DNA of 64,000 bases from Veleropilina oligotropha. Taxonomy: Eukaryota. The DNA lies in NCBI GenBank assembly GCA_048128005.1, contig JBEUKZ010000080.1:1-64000 (forward strand), in the 5' to 3' direction. Under the pieces are notes generated by a model. The model had not been told where the DNA came from. It was given only the letters and a program-made list of their open reading frames with translations, and ran no database searches. The position numbers were made by a program, and so were the translations under genes. Of this stretch, positions 29,272 through 41,087 are shown piece after piece; the stretch's first letter is position 1, and every line of letters starts with the position of its first letter.

Positions 29272-31361
29272 TAAGAGACTGTCTGCGAATAAATTAATCA
29301 AATGGAATTGTATTTTATTACAACAATAAAAAATAATTGCATTATCGTTCATTCCACCAATTGGCTTGCAATATATTTGTATCCTAACATATTATCATAA
29401 AATATGCATTTGTGTTATAATATACATTGCATGCATATAATAAAATTACCCCCCCCCCCCCCCCCGCAGTACACTATCAGACGACAAAGTGCATTATTTC
29501 AACACATACCCGCATTCTCAACAGCGATTGGTCGAGACGCGTTTTTCGACGTCACGTGCCGTGAGGATAAATCTCCATACCGGACTCCCATACAGGACTC
29601 CGAGCAGTTACGGAAATAGCCGACGAATATATTTTTGTCGTCTGCGCTGTTTTCAAAACAAATCGATCAATAAAGAAATGCAAAGATGACCTTACCAAAA
29701 ATGACCGTTCCGATAAAGAAATTGAACATGCGTTTATGTCCGAGTGTAAGGATAATCCGCTTTGTCCTGTAAAATCCACATCGGGTCACTCATTCGCAAT
29801 TGCTTCAACCGAAAGAGCTGATTTTCACGTCCATGGAATCACGATGCAAGTTATGTTTGACGACTTTGAACACGTCCCTCCTCAACAAGTAAACACAGTC
29901 CCACAGTCTCTAATATTCAATAACTGCATGATTAACTCAGTGCACATTCATCACCATTGCCAATTCGCATACGTAATTTTGAATTTTGACACTTTGTTGT
30001 TACTTGAATTCATCTTCTCGCTTGGTTGCCACCAGCTGCGAACACTATTATTGTAAACATGCCTGATGTCACTCCCAAATTTATATCGAAATAAAATTAA
30101 CTTTATTACTAAAATTATTTGTTAATTATACATTTGTTACTCTGTTATTTAAATAAATTATTTTCAATTTTATAATTTCCCACGCCATTCTTGTCCTAAT
30201 CCCAAAACTATTCAAATCTGTAACGATGTTCGGTATCGCAAAATCAAGTTCACCTATGGAATATATTACAATTTTGGGAGGAAATGTTGAAATAAATACG
30301 TTATCCTAACGCCTGGAGTCCGATATGGCTATTTACCCTCACAGTAAACGCTATACCAGCCTCACCGTTCCGGCTCGGCTGAGCAGCAGGGGGGGGTGAC
30401 CATACCTTTTAGAATGGGAAAATAAAGCTCAAAGCACCTTTCAGAACTGAGCTGGTATTACTGAGGGGGGCTAGGGAGTTAGGGTGGGGCCCGGGGGCCC
30501 GGGGGTGGGGGCTCCCAGCACCTGTTCAGAACCCAGGGTATAGCTTGTATTACAAAAAGTCACCGTGTGTACAAACTAGGGTAGCTTAGAATAGTCAGCA
30601 GGGGGGGTGACCATACCTTTTATGTGGGGGCGCGGCGAGGGAAATTAAGGCTCCCAGCACCTTTTCAGAATTAATATGGATCTCAACTCAGCAGCAGGGG
30701 GGGTGATTGGACTTTTTAGAATGGGAAAATACGGCTCCCAGCCCTATTTCAGAACTCAGGGTAGCTCGGACTAGTCAGCAGGGGAGTTTAGACTAGGGCC
30801 CCGGGGCCCGCTGTGGGGCTCCCAGCTATATTTCAGACCCCAGGGTATATCGTGTATTACAAAAAGTTACCGTGTGTACAGCGACATAGAGCCCCCAGGG
30901 ACGCCACTACCCGAGCCGGCCCGGGCTCCTCAGTTATGCGAGCAGTAGCAGGGGGGGTGATTGGACTTTTTAGAATGGCAAAATAGCAGCCCGGCGAAGG
31001 CTACAGGACATCACTGAGGGCCCGCCAGCGTTTGATTTCGTACAACTCCCTTTCTACCGTCTTTGGTCTTCTTCTTATATATCGCTTGTTCACCATCGTC
31101 GAGTACAACGATCAAAACGTTATAGCCCCGGTTTAAGAGGTTTTTAACGCGCCTGAAGCTCCGTTCGCTGTACAGCGTAGGAATGTCTTCCTGCGGCATG
31201 TTGCTTTCAAGTATAACTACACAACGTCTAACATGCCGGTTATTTCTCGCCGATATAGTAGTATGTAGTAAGAGCCCGTAGGGACGGCCCACAACCCTCG
31301 CCGGCCCGGGCTCTCTTTTAGACATACCCATCGGACGGGTATATCCAATGCAAAGGATACG

Positions 31362-31637
31362 ATGTGGGGAACGGACACCTGTCAATGGCTCACCATCAGC
31401 TCCACGGAGCTATGTGGTAAGAGATGTCTGAGCGAGTATTGCAAAGTCCACCTGGCTCGGCTACGGCGAAATGGCTGGGGCACAAAGCCCTGCATCAAAT
31501 GCGGCAAAGGCGTCTTTAACCGGTTTACGTTGTGCCGGGGTTGTGGGTATCGGAATGAAGACGTTAAGGACTGGCAACGAAAGAAAAGGGCCTTCCAGAG
31601 AGAGTTTCGCCGCATGGCTGCAATCTACCACACGTAA
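31362..31637 (+). CDS. Small zinc-finger-like protein (copy 2, intact frame)
   Basis: Ortholog of 12314-12613. Confidence 0.7.
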   Translation: MWGTDTCQWLTISSTELCGKRCLSEYCKVHLARLRRNGWGTKPCIKCGKGVFNRFTLCRGCGYRNEDVKDWQRKKRAFQREFRRMAAIYHT

Positions 31638-31684
31638 TTTCCTATTAGAGAAATGATTTGGCGTAGTGTATACCCCCCAGCAAC

Positions 31685-34600
31685 ATGGATGACCTGCGCA
31701 ATCTAGCGAAAGATTATGGGATTCCCGCTCGGTCGAAGCTCAAGAAGCACGACCTCGTCAGGGCAATCGCCAGGGTCCGTGCTGCGGAGTTTCGGAGGAG
31801 ACTCGAGCGGGCGATGAAAACGGGAAGGTTCCCCTCCATACGTGGAGATGTGGAGAACCCCCACAAAAGAGGCCGTCGTGCTCGCGAATTGCGGCAGATT
31901 AAGGACGAGGTCGACGTCGCCCTGCAGGCTCGTAAATACGAATCCCAGGCTGAGAAAACGCCGGGGATTCGACTGAAGCCACTTCGCGCCATCACGGATC
32001 GAATCGTCAAGCGGTCTCGGAAAGAGACCCTTGCCCATGCTATTGCTCGGAAGGGGCCCGATCTTCTCATCTCCAAAACGCCCAGGACTACCAGAAGGAT
32101 CTTCTAGGGCAATTTACCACACCCGAGGGACAACGATTCATCGACCTGGATGACCAGGTCCCTCCCCCAGTAAGGCTCCCAGCAAAAGAGCCATGGGTGG
32201 AACTCTTGAGCGACGCCAAAGACGAGTTTGAGGTCGATGGCGCCGCAGCGGCGTTCTCCACATGGAGGGTCGAGGTGGCTGGACGGCTGGCCCTGGATGC
32301 CCGTATGACAGACGCGAGGGCGGCACAGCTCCTCACAGCCCTTCCAAAGGGCGAGTATGTCCTTAGAATAAAGTTCTTGCGTGAATGGGGTCAAGGCGAC
32401 TGGGTGGTCGAAGACAAGTTTGACCCGGTGAAGGCTGCGAGAAAGAAGGGCCAGGGTGTCTTTGAGATCTCTCAGGACACTAAGCCGGGTGCTATCACTG
32501 GGGTCGACAAAGTCTACTACGAGAACGCCTACCCGGTCACTGCAGTCGTCTACGGCGTCTATCCTCTCAGAGAACCAAACCCCGCCAATCTGGTTCCGAT
32601 GAAGAACGGCGACCTCAACTGCGTTGCCCAAAGAGTGATTGAGCACTTTGAAGGTGCCCTTCGAGGAAACGGACTCACCCCGACACGAAGACGAAAAATA
32701 CAGGAGTGGGAAGAGCGAGTTCATGTAACAGGCGCCACTGTGGATGATATATCCATCCTCGAGAGGATACTGAAGCGGGCGATCATACTGAGAGATATTG
32801 CCAGCGAGGACGTCTTCAACAGTGGAAAATACCAGGCCAGTATGTGGAAGTCCATAGAACTCATCTGTCACAACGGCCACGCCTGGTCGAAGGACCTACA
32901 CTTTCCGCAGTCTCGCGAGGTCCACCTGTATGAGGGCGATGTCTGGGAAGCTATTCGACAAGCCACACAGAATGAGCCATTGGCTGTCTGGCTCCTAGGC
33001 GGTACAGACCGACAGCTCAACGTGAACCAGTTCGTGCTTCAGGACGGCCGCACTTACCGGACGAAAGATGATCACGAGAGACTCCAAGAAGCATGTACAG
33101 CGCTGGGGAACGAGTCCCTAGCCGATCGAGCCTTTGGCGTGAACCATGCAGCTAGCATTATAGCTAAAGAGACCAACGGCTGGAAACCGACCCCGACGAG
33201 CCTGCTCGATGACATCCAGAAGGCCTGTGTAGAGCATGGCCACGGCGGCCTATGGAATTCCATGAATTACGACACGGGCGACATCTGCTGCATCGATATG
33301 AAATCCTGCTACCCTGCAAGCTTTCTGGGGCAGGGCGAGGCCAAGCCATACTTCGAGCGATTCGGGCACCCACTCCACAGCATGACTCGGGTCGCAATTA
33401 ACGGTCCTCTTCCCGAAGATATCAGCACCGGGTTTGCTGAGGTCGTGGAGTGGGAGTTCGCACAAGACATCCACCCCGTCATTCCCGCCTGGTTCGGAAA
33501 GCACTTTGCAGAGAATGGATGGGCCCCGACGCCTCTGCTCGCCTTCCTCGTAGACTCTGGACTGCTAAAAAGCCTCAAGATCCGAGAGGCGATTATCGCA
33601 TTAAAAAACCAGACCGATGTCTGGCTTCCGGAGAATCGTGACCAGGGCTGCTGCATTATCGGCAAATTCACCCAAGGCGCCAACGCTGATGGCAAGCGAT
33701 TGACACGGAGGCTGGTGATTGACCAGGGTGAGCTGGACTTCCTCGTAAGAGACACCCGCCAAAGCGGCACCCTGGTTGGCGCTCCTCAGAGATGCCCCCT
33801 CGGTCACATCCTCACATACTATGATGGCTCCCAGCCTCAGTACGCCCACCTGAGGGCATCCATGTTGGCCTATGCCCACATAAACCTCTTGGGCATGCTC
33901 AAGAGGTTCACCCCTGATGAGGCTGTCCGGGTAGCCACTGACAGCATCTACCTCAAGAAGGCCTCGTTGGAGAAGCTCGACGATGTCACGGTGTACGTTG
34001 CCCCCCAACTCTGCGACTGTGGCGAGAAATCTTGCATCTCCTGTCTGATCGGGGAGCTGTACCTTCCGCCAGTAGCACCGGCCCAGTGGCGTGACAAGGG
34101 CGAACAGCTGTACCTGCCACAGGAACATGCCGCATACCTGCCCAAGCCAGAGTATTGTTGTGCCGCCAATTCCAGCCAGCCAAGCACCGCGCCATGCTAC
34201 AATGACACACTGACCCACCATCGCCTGAGTTACCTCAATGGTGGAGGGGGCTGTGGCAAGACTACGAGAGCGATCGAGCTCTTTCGGGCAAGGAATCCCG
34301 TCGTGTTCACACCAACCCACCGCCTCGCTAAAGAGATGCGGACCAGAGGCGTCAAAGCCCAGACCTACCACAGCTTCTTCCGATGGAGCGGTCAGAATGA
34401 CTGGACGCCTGATCGCATGGGTCAGAAGTTCATCCCCCGCGTCATTATCTGGGACGAGGTCTGTACTGTTCCCCGGCCTATCCTCGAGATGTTCTTGGAC
34501 TGGCTGGGCCGCCACGAAGTTCAGGTTATCTGCTGTGGCGATCAAGGCCAGCCACCACCGATTACGGGCGAGATGCCGCACGATTGGCTGCGAAAGACCG

Positions 34601-35511
34601 CGGACTACTATGAAGAGATCGAAGTAGACTACAGGGCGAAAGACGACCCTGCCCTCCAAGCCCTGAAAAGACGTATTCGTCTCCAGCCCGACAAAATCCA
34701 GTGCGACGAGATGCGACGGACCCTCCCCGGCTGCCTTGGATGGGATCGGTTCGTCAACACCTGGAGGCCAGGCGACCTAATCCTCACCAGCCGTCAGAAG
34801 GTCCGCGAACGGGCTCAACAGCTGTTGCTCCAGAGGCACAAGGAGCACTTCCCAGACTCCCCGGTTCCTATCCTGTACCACCCCAGGGACACCCGTAAGC
34901 AAAACATCATGGTAACGATTCCGGGCACCAGCGACAGAGAGGAGCTAGTTCTGAACGACGTCGTCGAGGTCACCATTGACGCCGCTGAGAGGGCTATCCT
35001 GACCCCGGATTGGCGCCTGGGCTATGCTCTCACCATCCATTCGAGCCAGGGTCTTACGATTCACGACCCACAGAAAGTCTGGATCATCGATGACTACCTT
35101 CAGTGGAGTAATCTCGCCTACCTAGCCGTGTCCCGGGTGGAGCTGCTGCATCAGCTCGAATGGGTAACCTGTCCTCCGGATGAGGGTGCTGAGGACAGGC
35201 CCCCGCCCCAAACCGAGCAACAGCTCCGAAAGACCATCCAGAAAAAGCTTGTGGCGTACAAACGCCAGGACCAGGCCAAGGGACTCCCGGGGTTTAACCT
35301 CAAGGTCGATGACATCCTGCAGCTCAAAGACACCCAAAACAACCGCTGCGCGGCATGCAACATAGAGCTGCTCTGGGCCTACCAGCCCAAAGACACACAG
35401 CAGTTCAGTGTCGACCGTGTGGACAACAGCAGGCGCCACATCCACGACAACGTGCGCTTAACGTGTCTGGAATGTAACCGAAAACGAGGATTTGCGGTTG
35501 TTAACGCCTGA
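31685..35511 (+). pseudogene. Replication polyprotein of copy 2, frameshifted
   Basis: A 10-bp deletion (CTCCGGACAG of copy 1) at ~32080 splits it into 31685-32107 and 32197-35511. All catalytic motifs are otherwise retained. Confidence 0.9.
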
Positions 35512-36499
35512 GAACCGGCGGCAGCTGGGTATCACGAGGCACCACGAGCAGTTCCTCACGAACGAAGCCACGCGGTGGTCCATCCAGCAAGTAGTAGAGC
35601 ACAGGCTCGTCAGGCTTAGTGACGGAGCGTCCAAGCCTGTAAACTTTTAGAGACCACACCGGGTCAGTAGCACGGCGACGACCCCCCTCCAGCTCACCAT
35701 CGTAGTAAAGGTAACGAACATCTACATCAGAGGGGAGTTTCAGTTCCTTCCCCTGTCGGTCTGGAACAGTGGCGCCGGGCTTTTGGGCAACGCGAGGCGC
35801 CTTAATGGCATCCTTTGGCTTTTTACCGGTCAGCCTGGTCTCTTCCCCATTCAAGGCCGCAACAACAGCGGGTATCCGGGTGACCCACTCAGTTGACCTT
35901 TGACCCTCTTTCGCAGACTCTGCAAACCGCATCTCTGTTGCATACTGGTGCCCGAAGAGCCGCTCAGCGAGCGTCCGGTTGAAGCGCTCCACAATGCCCT
36001 GATCGCGATGGAGATCCACACGGCCACGCCTAACCTCGACATTATTCATTGCCAGCAGCTAGGAGACCGCGCCCATAAACTCTCGCCCTGGATCAACCTG
36101 AAGCAATTTCGGCCAGCTAAGAGGACTCCGCCTGTAGATTCGAGATAGAGCTTCAGCAACCCCTTTGGCCTCTTTTGTGGCCAATGGCTCAGCTTCTTTA
36201 AGGCGACTGGCCACATCAACCACAGTCAAAGCGTACTTATACGTTGTACGTCTGACCTTGTCATGGGGGAGAAACAGGAGATCGGCTTGGTGAACCTCGT
36301 TCGGCGTCGTAACGTCAAACCGTGGTCTTGGAATCCGCCGTGGCGCAGGTAAATAGATCTGCCATATAGCCTGCCTCTTAAGCCATGTCCGGACCTCCAT
36401 TTCAGACGCCTTGGCAGCCTCAGCTAGTTTCTTTATCGCGGCAATGCCTTTCCAGTAGCCCTTAGGGCTGTAGTATATCCTCGCAAGCTTACTATCCAT
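35501..36499 (-). pseudogene. rve integrase of copy 2 with a single nonsense mutation
   Basis: CAG>TAG at 36059-36061 (MGAVSQ>MGAVS*). Both halves are in the same frame. Confidence 0.92.
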
Positions 36500-38626
36500 C
36501 AGCAATGTATTCCAGTAAACTGATCAGTCTCCAACAGGCTTCAGCTTCCGGAGCCGGTCGCTGCGCAGTCGTCTCCCAAAGGTTGGTCGGGCCCGAGAGC
36601 ACCAGGACCGCGAACCGCACCATAGTCTTTTCGTCGCGGCACCAGCAGTCGAGTAACGTAGTACTATAGCCGACCGCAAGCATGGCGCAGTACAGCTCTT
36701 CTGGGAGCCCCATTAATATACATGCCGACGAAAAAAATGTCCACTGGAAATAATTAGGCGAGCTTGTAGGCTACCAACCCGGTCGCAGCCATCCCGAGGA
36801 TGATGAAGGAGATCTCACGTCCCTTTTGGTCATCACTAGGCGTGTAGTAGTCGGACAGCTGGGGCTCAGGGCCACCACCCACGGCGGTGGGGTCAAGGTT
36901 CTTGCCGGTGATCAACTCACGGATAGCGGCGTCAACATCTCGGAATGTCCCAACGGCGTGACCCTGGCGGCGAAGTTCAACGTTCAGCCAGTCGAGACGC
37001 TCTGCCCTCTTTTGGGACCATTTAGTCTGAGCGGCGTTGAGCTGCTCTACAGCAATGTCGTGACGTTTACGCTCCGCATCAACACCGGAGCTGCGTAGCT
37101 TCGAGAACAGGAAGTTGGACCCGCTGAAGGCGAGAGCGCCCCCAACCAGCATCGCAATGGAAGCCATTGAAATGCTGCGATTATCTAGCAAGGTCACACT
37201 ACTTCAAAACGTCGGCCGGAATGATGCCTTGCTTGATCAGCATGTCTTTCGTCGCCATGGCGAGCGCTACGTCGAGGACGACCATCCCGACATCGTACCC
37301 CGTGAAGTCCAGCTTAGGACTGACACCCTTGAAGACCATTTTTCCCAGGCGTGCGTAGCCTATGGCAAGGCCTGATACTATAGCTGCGTGATATACAGCA
37401 TTGCCGAGCATCTTTCCATCAGTAATCGGGGTAGTCATGTTTCGTACTGAGACTATCGCATATGGAACGGGTTGTGCCTAGTCTTCAATTCGGTGGTGGT
37501 TGGGGTGGGGACCGGCTGCGCAGCGTCCGCGACTGGTGGCTGTTGATGTGGTGTGGATGGACCAGGGTTGTTGCGTCTCCAGACAACAAATACCAATGCA
37601 ACTGTACCGGCAGCAACGGCTACCTGGGTCCAATTAAATTTTGGGTCCGATTTCCGTGTAGCTGACTTTTCGACCGCGGTCACCTCAGCCGCGGGGGCAC
37701 CACTGTGTTTTTGTTGGGGCTGTGCCTCCGGTAGGTCTGAAGGAACTTCGCTGACGGATACTTGTCGAGCGTCTTCTTTGAGTCTTCTAACGTCAGCAAG
37801 TAGCCTCTCCTGCTTGGCTTTTCGATCAGCAGCACCGGCCCGACCTGCTGCGACCTTCTTCGGGTCCTTTTTACTCACTGATGAGTCCGTCGAAGAAGTC
37901 ACCCTCTCTATCGGCTGGCTCTCTATCGGCTGGTCCACTTCCGGCGTCGTCATCTTGATCTCGCCCTCGCTCTGGTATCTTAGGCGGGCAAACATGTCCA
38001 AATTGGCAGTGCTTCGCAGTGGTCAACGCTGCGGTCAGCGGCGCTAGCCACATGCCATACTTATAATACAGCTCACAGCTTGCACCGCGGAGAGCATGGG
38101 CGATGAAAGGATCGGCCTCGAGGTCAGCGACCAGACGTGGTTGGTTCTCCGGCGGAATGGGCAAGAACATCCCAGCTGCACCCGCATACAGCTGTATAGC
38201 AGCGGCCCCGAGGGTCTTCGTCATGTCAGCACCTAGCTTCGCTTCATACCGTGCGTGGTGTTTCTCAACCTCGTCGTCAGTCATATCGTCGATTCGGTCC
38301 ACTGTGAGGTTTCTCCCCAAGTATTTGCTGGCATCCCCTCCGATGGCTAACGCGGCAAGCCTCTCCCGTTTCTTTGCCATCCCTATGGAGCCACTGACAG
38401 GTTCCTCGTGCTGCGAGCAGCGTTTGGTCGTCGAGCGGGGTGGCCCGCCCACGGTCGTTTCTTCCTCGTCGTCCATGAGTTGATCGATAAGGCTGTCCAT
38501 CCTTAAGCGTTTCCAACATCTCCTCGCCAGTCTAATATAGCGATAATGCCAATACCACAACGTTACGAGTAGCAACAATACCAGGCTCTGGCTGCAAGCA
38601 AAAGCTAGATATACAGCGTCCGACAT
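36492..38626 (-). CDS. Cluster of five small/membrane ORFs of copy 2 (36492-36713, 36754-37173, 37199-37438, 37453-37953, 37871-38626)
   Basis: One-to-one orthologs of the copy 1 ORFs at 17453-19592. Confidence 0.75.
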
Positions 38627-38665
38627 GCTAGGAGATGCCTGGTATGCTAAGTAGCTGCTGGGTAG

Positions 38666-38949
38666 CTATAGCACACTATAAGCAACGGGCTGATCAGTTT
38701 TCAACAGAAGCTTAGCGTGTCTGGTCTCGGCCAACAGCCGGCGCACTGCGGTTCTCTCGTCGCAGGATGAGATGACATCGTTCTCGCGCAGACAGTCTTC
38801 AAAGCTATCGCGGTCCTTGCAGTGAAACAGCGCGACCCAGCGGGTCTGCTCTCTGAGTTCCTTCAAGACCGAGTTGTATTTTTGCGTCACTACCCATATG
38901 CTCTGTTCGGCATGCCTGCCGCTGAAGGCCAACAAAGTCAGCATGTCCC
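38666..38949 (-). pseudogene. C-terminal remnant of the packaging ATPase (copy 2)
   Basis: MLTLLAFSGRH..VVTQKY retained; the Walker A/B half is missing. Confidence 0.9.
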
Positions 38950-38959
38950 TTCTCTAACC

Positions 38960-41087
38960 GATAACCGATCAAACAGCTGTCGCAAACACACTAAACAGCT
39001 ATTTTGCAAATGTAGCAAATGACATTGGTCCTCCAGTGAATTTCCCTTCAGATATAGACTGCAGTGAATTTGTAAATCTATCTATAACCAAAAATAAAAA
39101 GCATCCTAGTGTAAATAAAATTGAGGATTTTAGAAAATCAAGCAATTACGACGACTTTAGTTTCGCAGAAATAACCAGTGAAACTGTTAGTAAAGTTATT
39201 GATACTCTTGACAAGTCAAAAGCAACTGGCCGCGATGAGATTCCTCCTAAAGTTATCAAAATTGCTAATCAAGCCATTAGTGAGCCGATTTCAAACATCT
39301 TTAACACATGTGTAAAAACTTCACGATTCCCGACTATATGTAAAGAGGCTCAGATCAAACCACTTTTCAAAAAAGAAGATTGCCAAATCAAAACTAACTA
39401 TAGACCCGTGAGTATTCTCACCACTGTTTCCAAAATCTTCGAAAAGATAATTGACAACCAAATGAAACCCTTCATCAATAAAATATTATCTGAAATAATC
39501 TCTGCTTTCAGACCTGGCTACAATTGCCAACACGTATTACTAAATCTCATTGAGAAATGGCGTTCTTATCTAGACAACCAAGAAGTCGTGGGTGCAGTTT
39601 TAACAGATCTAAGCAAAGCCTTCGACTGTCTCCCACATCACTTGTTGGTATCAAAATTATATAGTTATGGAGTAAACTTACAGTCCACGACATTATTGGC
39701 AGATTATTTAAAAAACCGTAAACAACAAGTCAAACTTGGCGGTGTATGCAGCTCGTGGATGGGAGTATTGAAGGGGGTGCCACAGGGCTCAGTACTTGGG
39801 CCTGTGCTCTTTAATATTTTCATAAATGATCTTGCATTTTTCATCAAGGAAGACGCATTAATAAATTATGCAGACGATAACACCATTTGTGCTCATGCCA
39901 AAAATATTTCTGAACTACAAGATATCCTTACAGATGAAAGCAACAATATTATGGATTGGTTTAAAATCAACCATATGAAGGCCAATCCATCCAAGTTTCA
40001 AATTATAACCATTGGTACAACCAAAATAAATGATTTCAAAATCTGTATTAAAGGCACAGAAATTGTAGAATGTGACTCAAGTGTAAAGCTAGTTGGAGTA
40101 CACATAGATAAACTACTTGATTTTAACAAACATATAACTGAAATTTGTATCAAAGCAGGCAGACAATTAAATGTCCTAAAGCGTCTGTCATCTAAATTAA
40201 ATATAGAAAGTAGATTATGTATTTTCAGGTGCTTTGTGCTTAGTCACTTTAACTACTGCCCTATAATATGGCATTTTTGCAGCCGAGCAAACACTCTTAA
40301 ACTTGAGAAGCTTCAAGAGAGAGGCTTGCGCTTTGTTTATAGTGACTATGCATCGACATACGACGAATTACTACTTAAATCTGGTCTCCCAACATTAGAA
40401 TTAGGCAGGCTAAGAACCATAGCCCTTGAAGTTTATAAAGCGGTGAATGGATTCGACCCAACATACATCTGCAATCTTTTTCAAAATCGTAAATCGGACC
40501 ACAATCTTAGAGACCCACATAACCTGCACATCCCAAGACCAAACACCACTAAGTATGGTAAACAAAGTTTTAAATATTTTGGCTCCCATATTTGGAATAA
40601 TTTACCCATAGCAATCAAAAATAGTCCGGATGTGCACAGTTTTTAAAAAAATCATAAAAACATGGGCTGGCCCATCGTGCAAATGCAATTACTGTAGATA
40701 ATGCCTTTAAATTAATGACAATGTTATCATTGTTTTTCATCGGAGCTACCGTGTATTCTAGATACAAACATAATTTGCAATACTGTATTATGTTAAATAC
40801 ATCAACTTAAGGTTTATGATAATTAAGTAAACTGTGATATTTTAAGTGATATTTTAAATTTATTGTCAACACTTACATAGAGCTTTATATATTTTATAAG
40901 ATTATATGTATTATATGTATATTATATGTATATATACTATTTTATACTATTCTATTTTGTTTATTATGTATTATGTATTTTCATGTGTAATGTTTTAAGT
41001 AGGTCGTCAAATAGCCCTAGTAGGCTAATGTTTTATTATTCTCAAATACGACTTTAAATAAATCTTATCTTATCTTATCTTATCTTA
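38960..41087 (+). mobile_element. 5'-truncated CR1/L2-group LINE (RT ORF ~38960-40700) with AATAAA and a (TCTTA)5 tail
   Basis: NYRPVS, DLSKAFD, GVPQGSVLGP, YADD. Frameshift near 40644 before the WAGPSCKCNYC end. Tail at 41057-41087. Confidence 0.92.

Larger units (their letters stand above)
30382..38949. mobile_element. Second, diverged, right-truncated copy of the Polinton-like virus (copy 2)
   Basis: Starts AGCAGCAGGGGGGGGTGA with the same gene order as copy 1. Homology stops inside the ATPase gene at the LINE junction. Confidence 0.93.

Noticed and set aside
29500..30060. Possible decayed transposase between the two viral copies
   Set aside because: Only short stop-interrupted frames with no motif I can assign.
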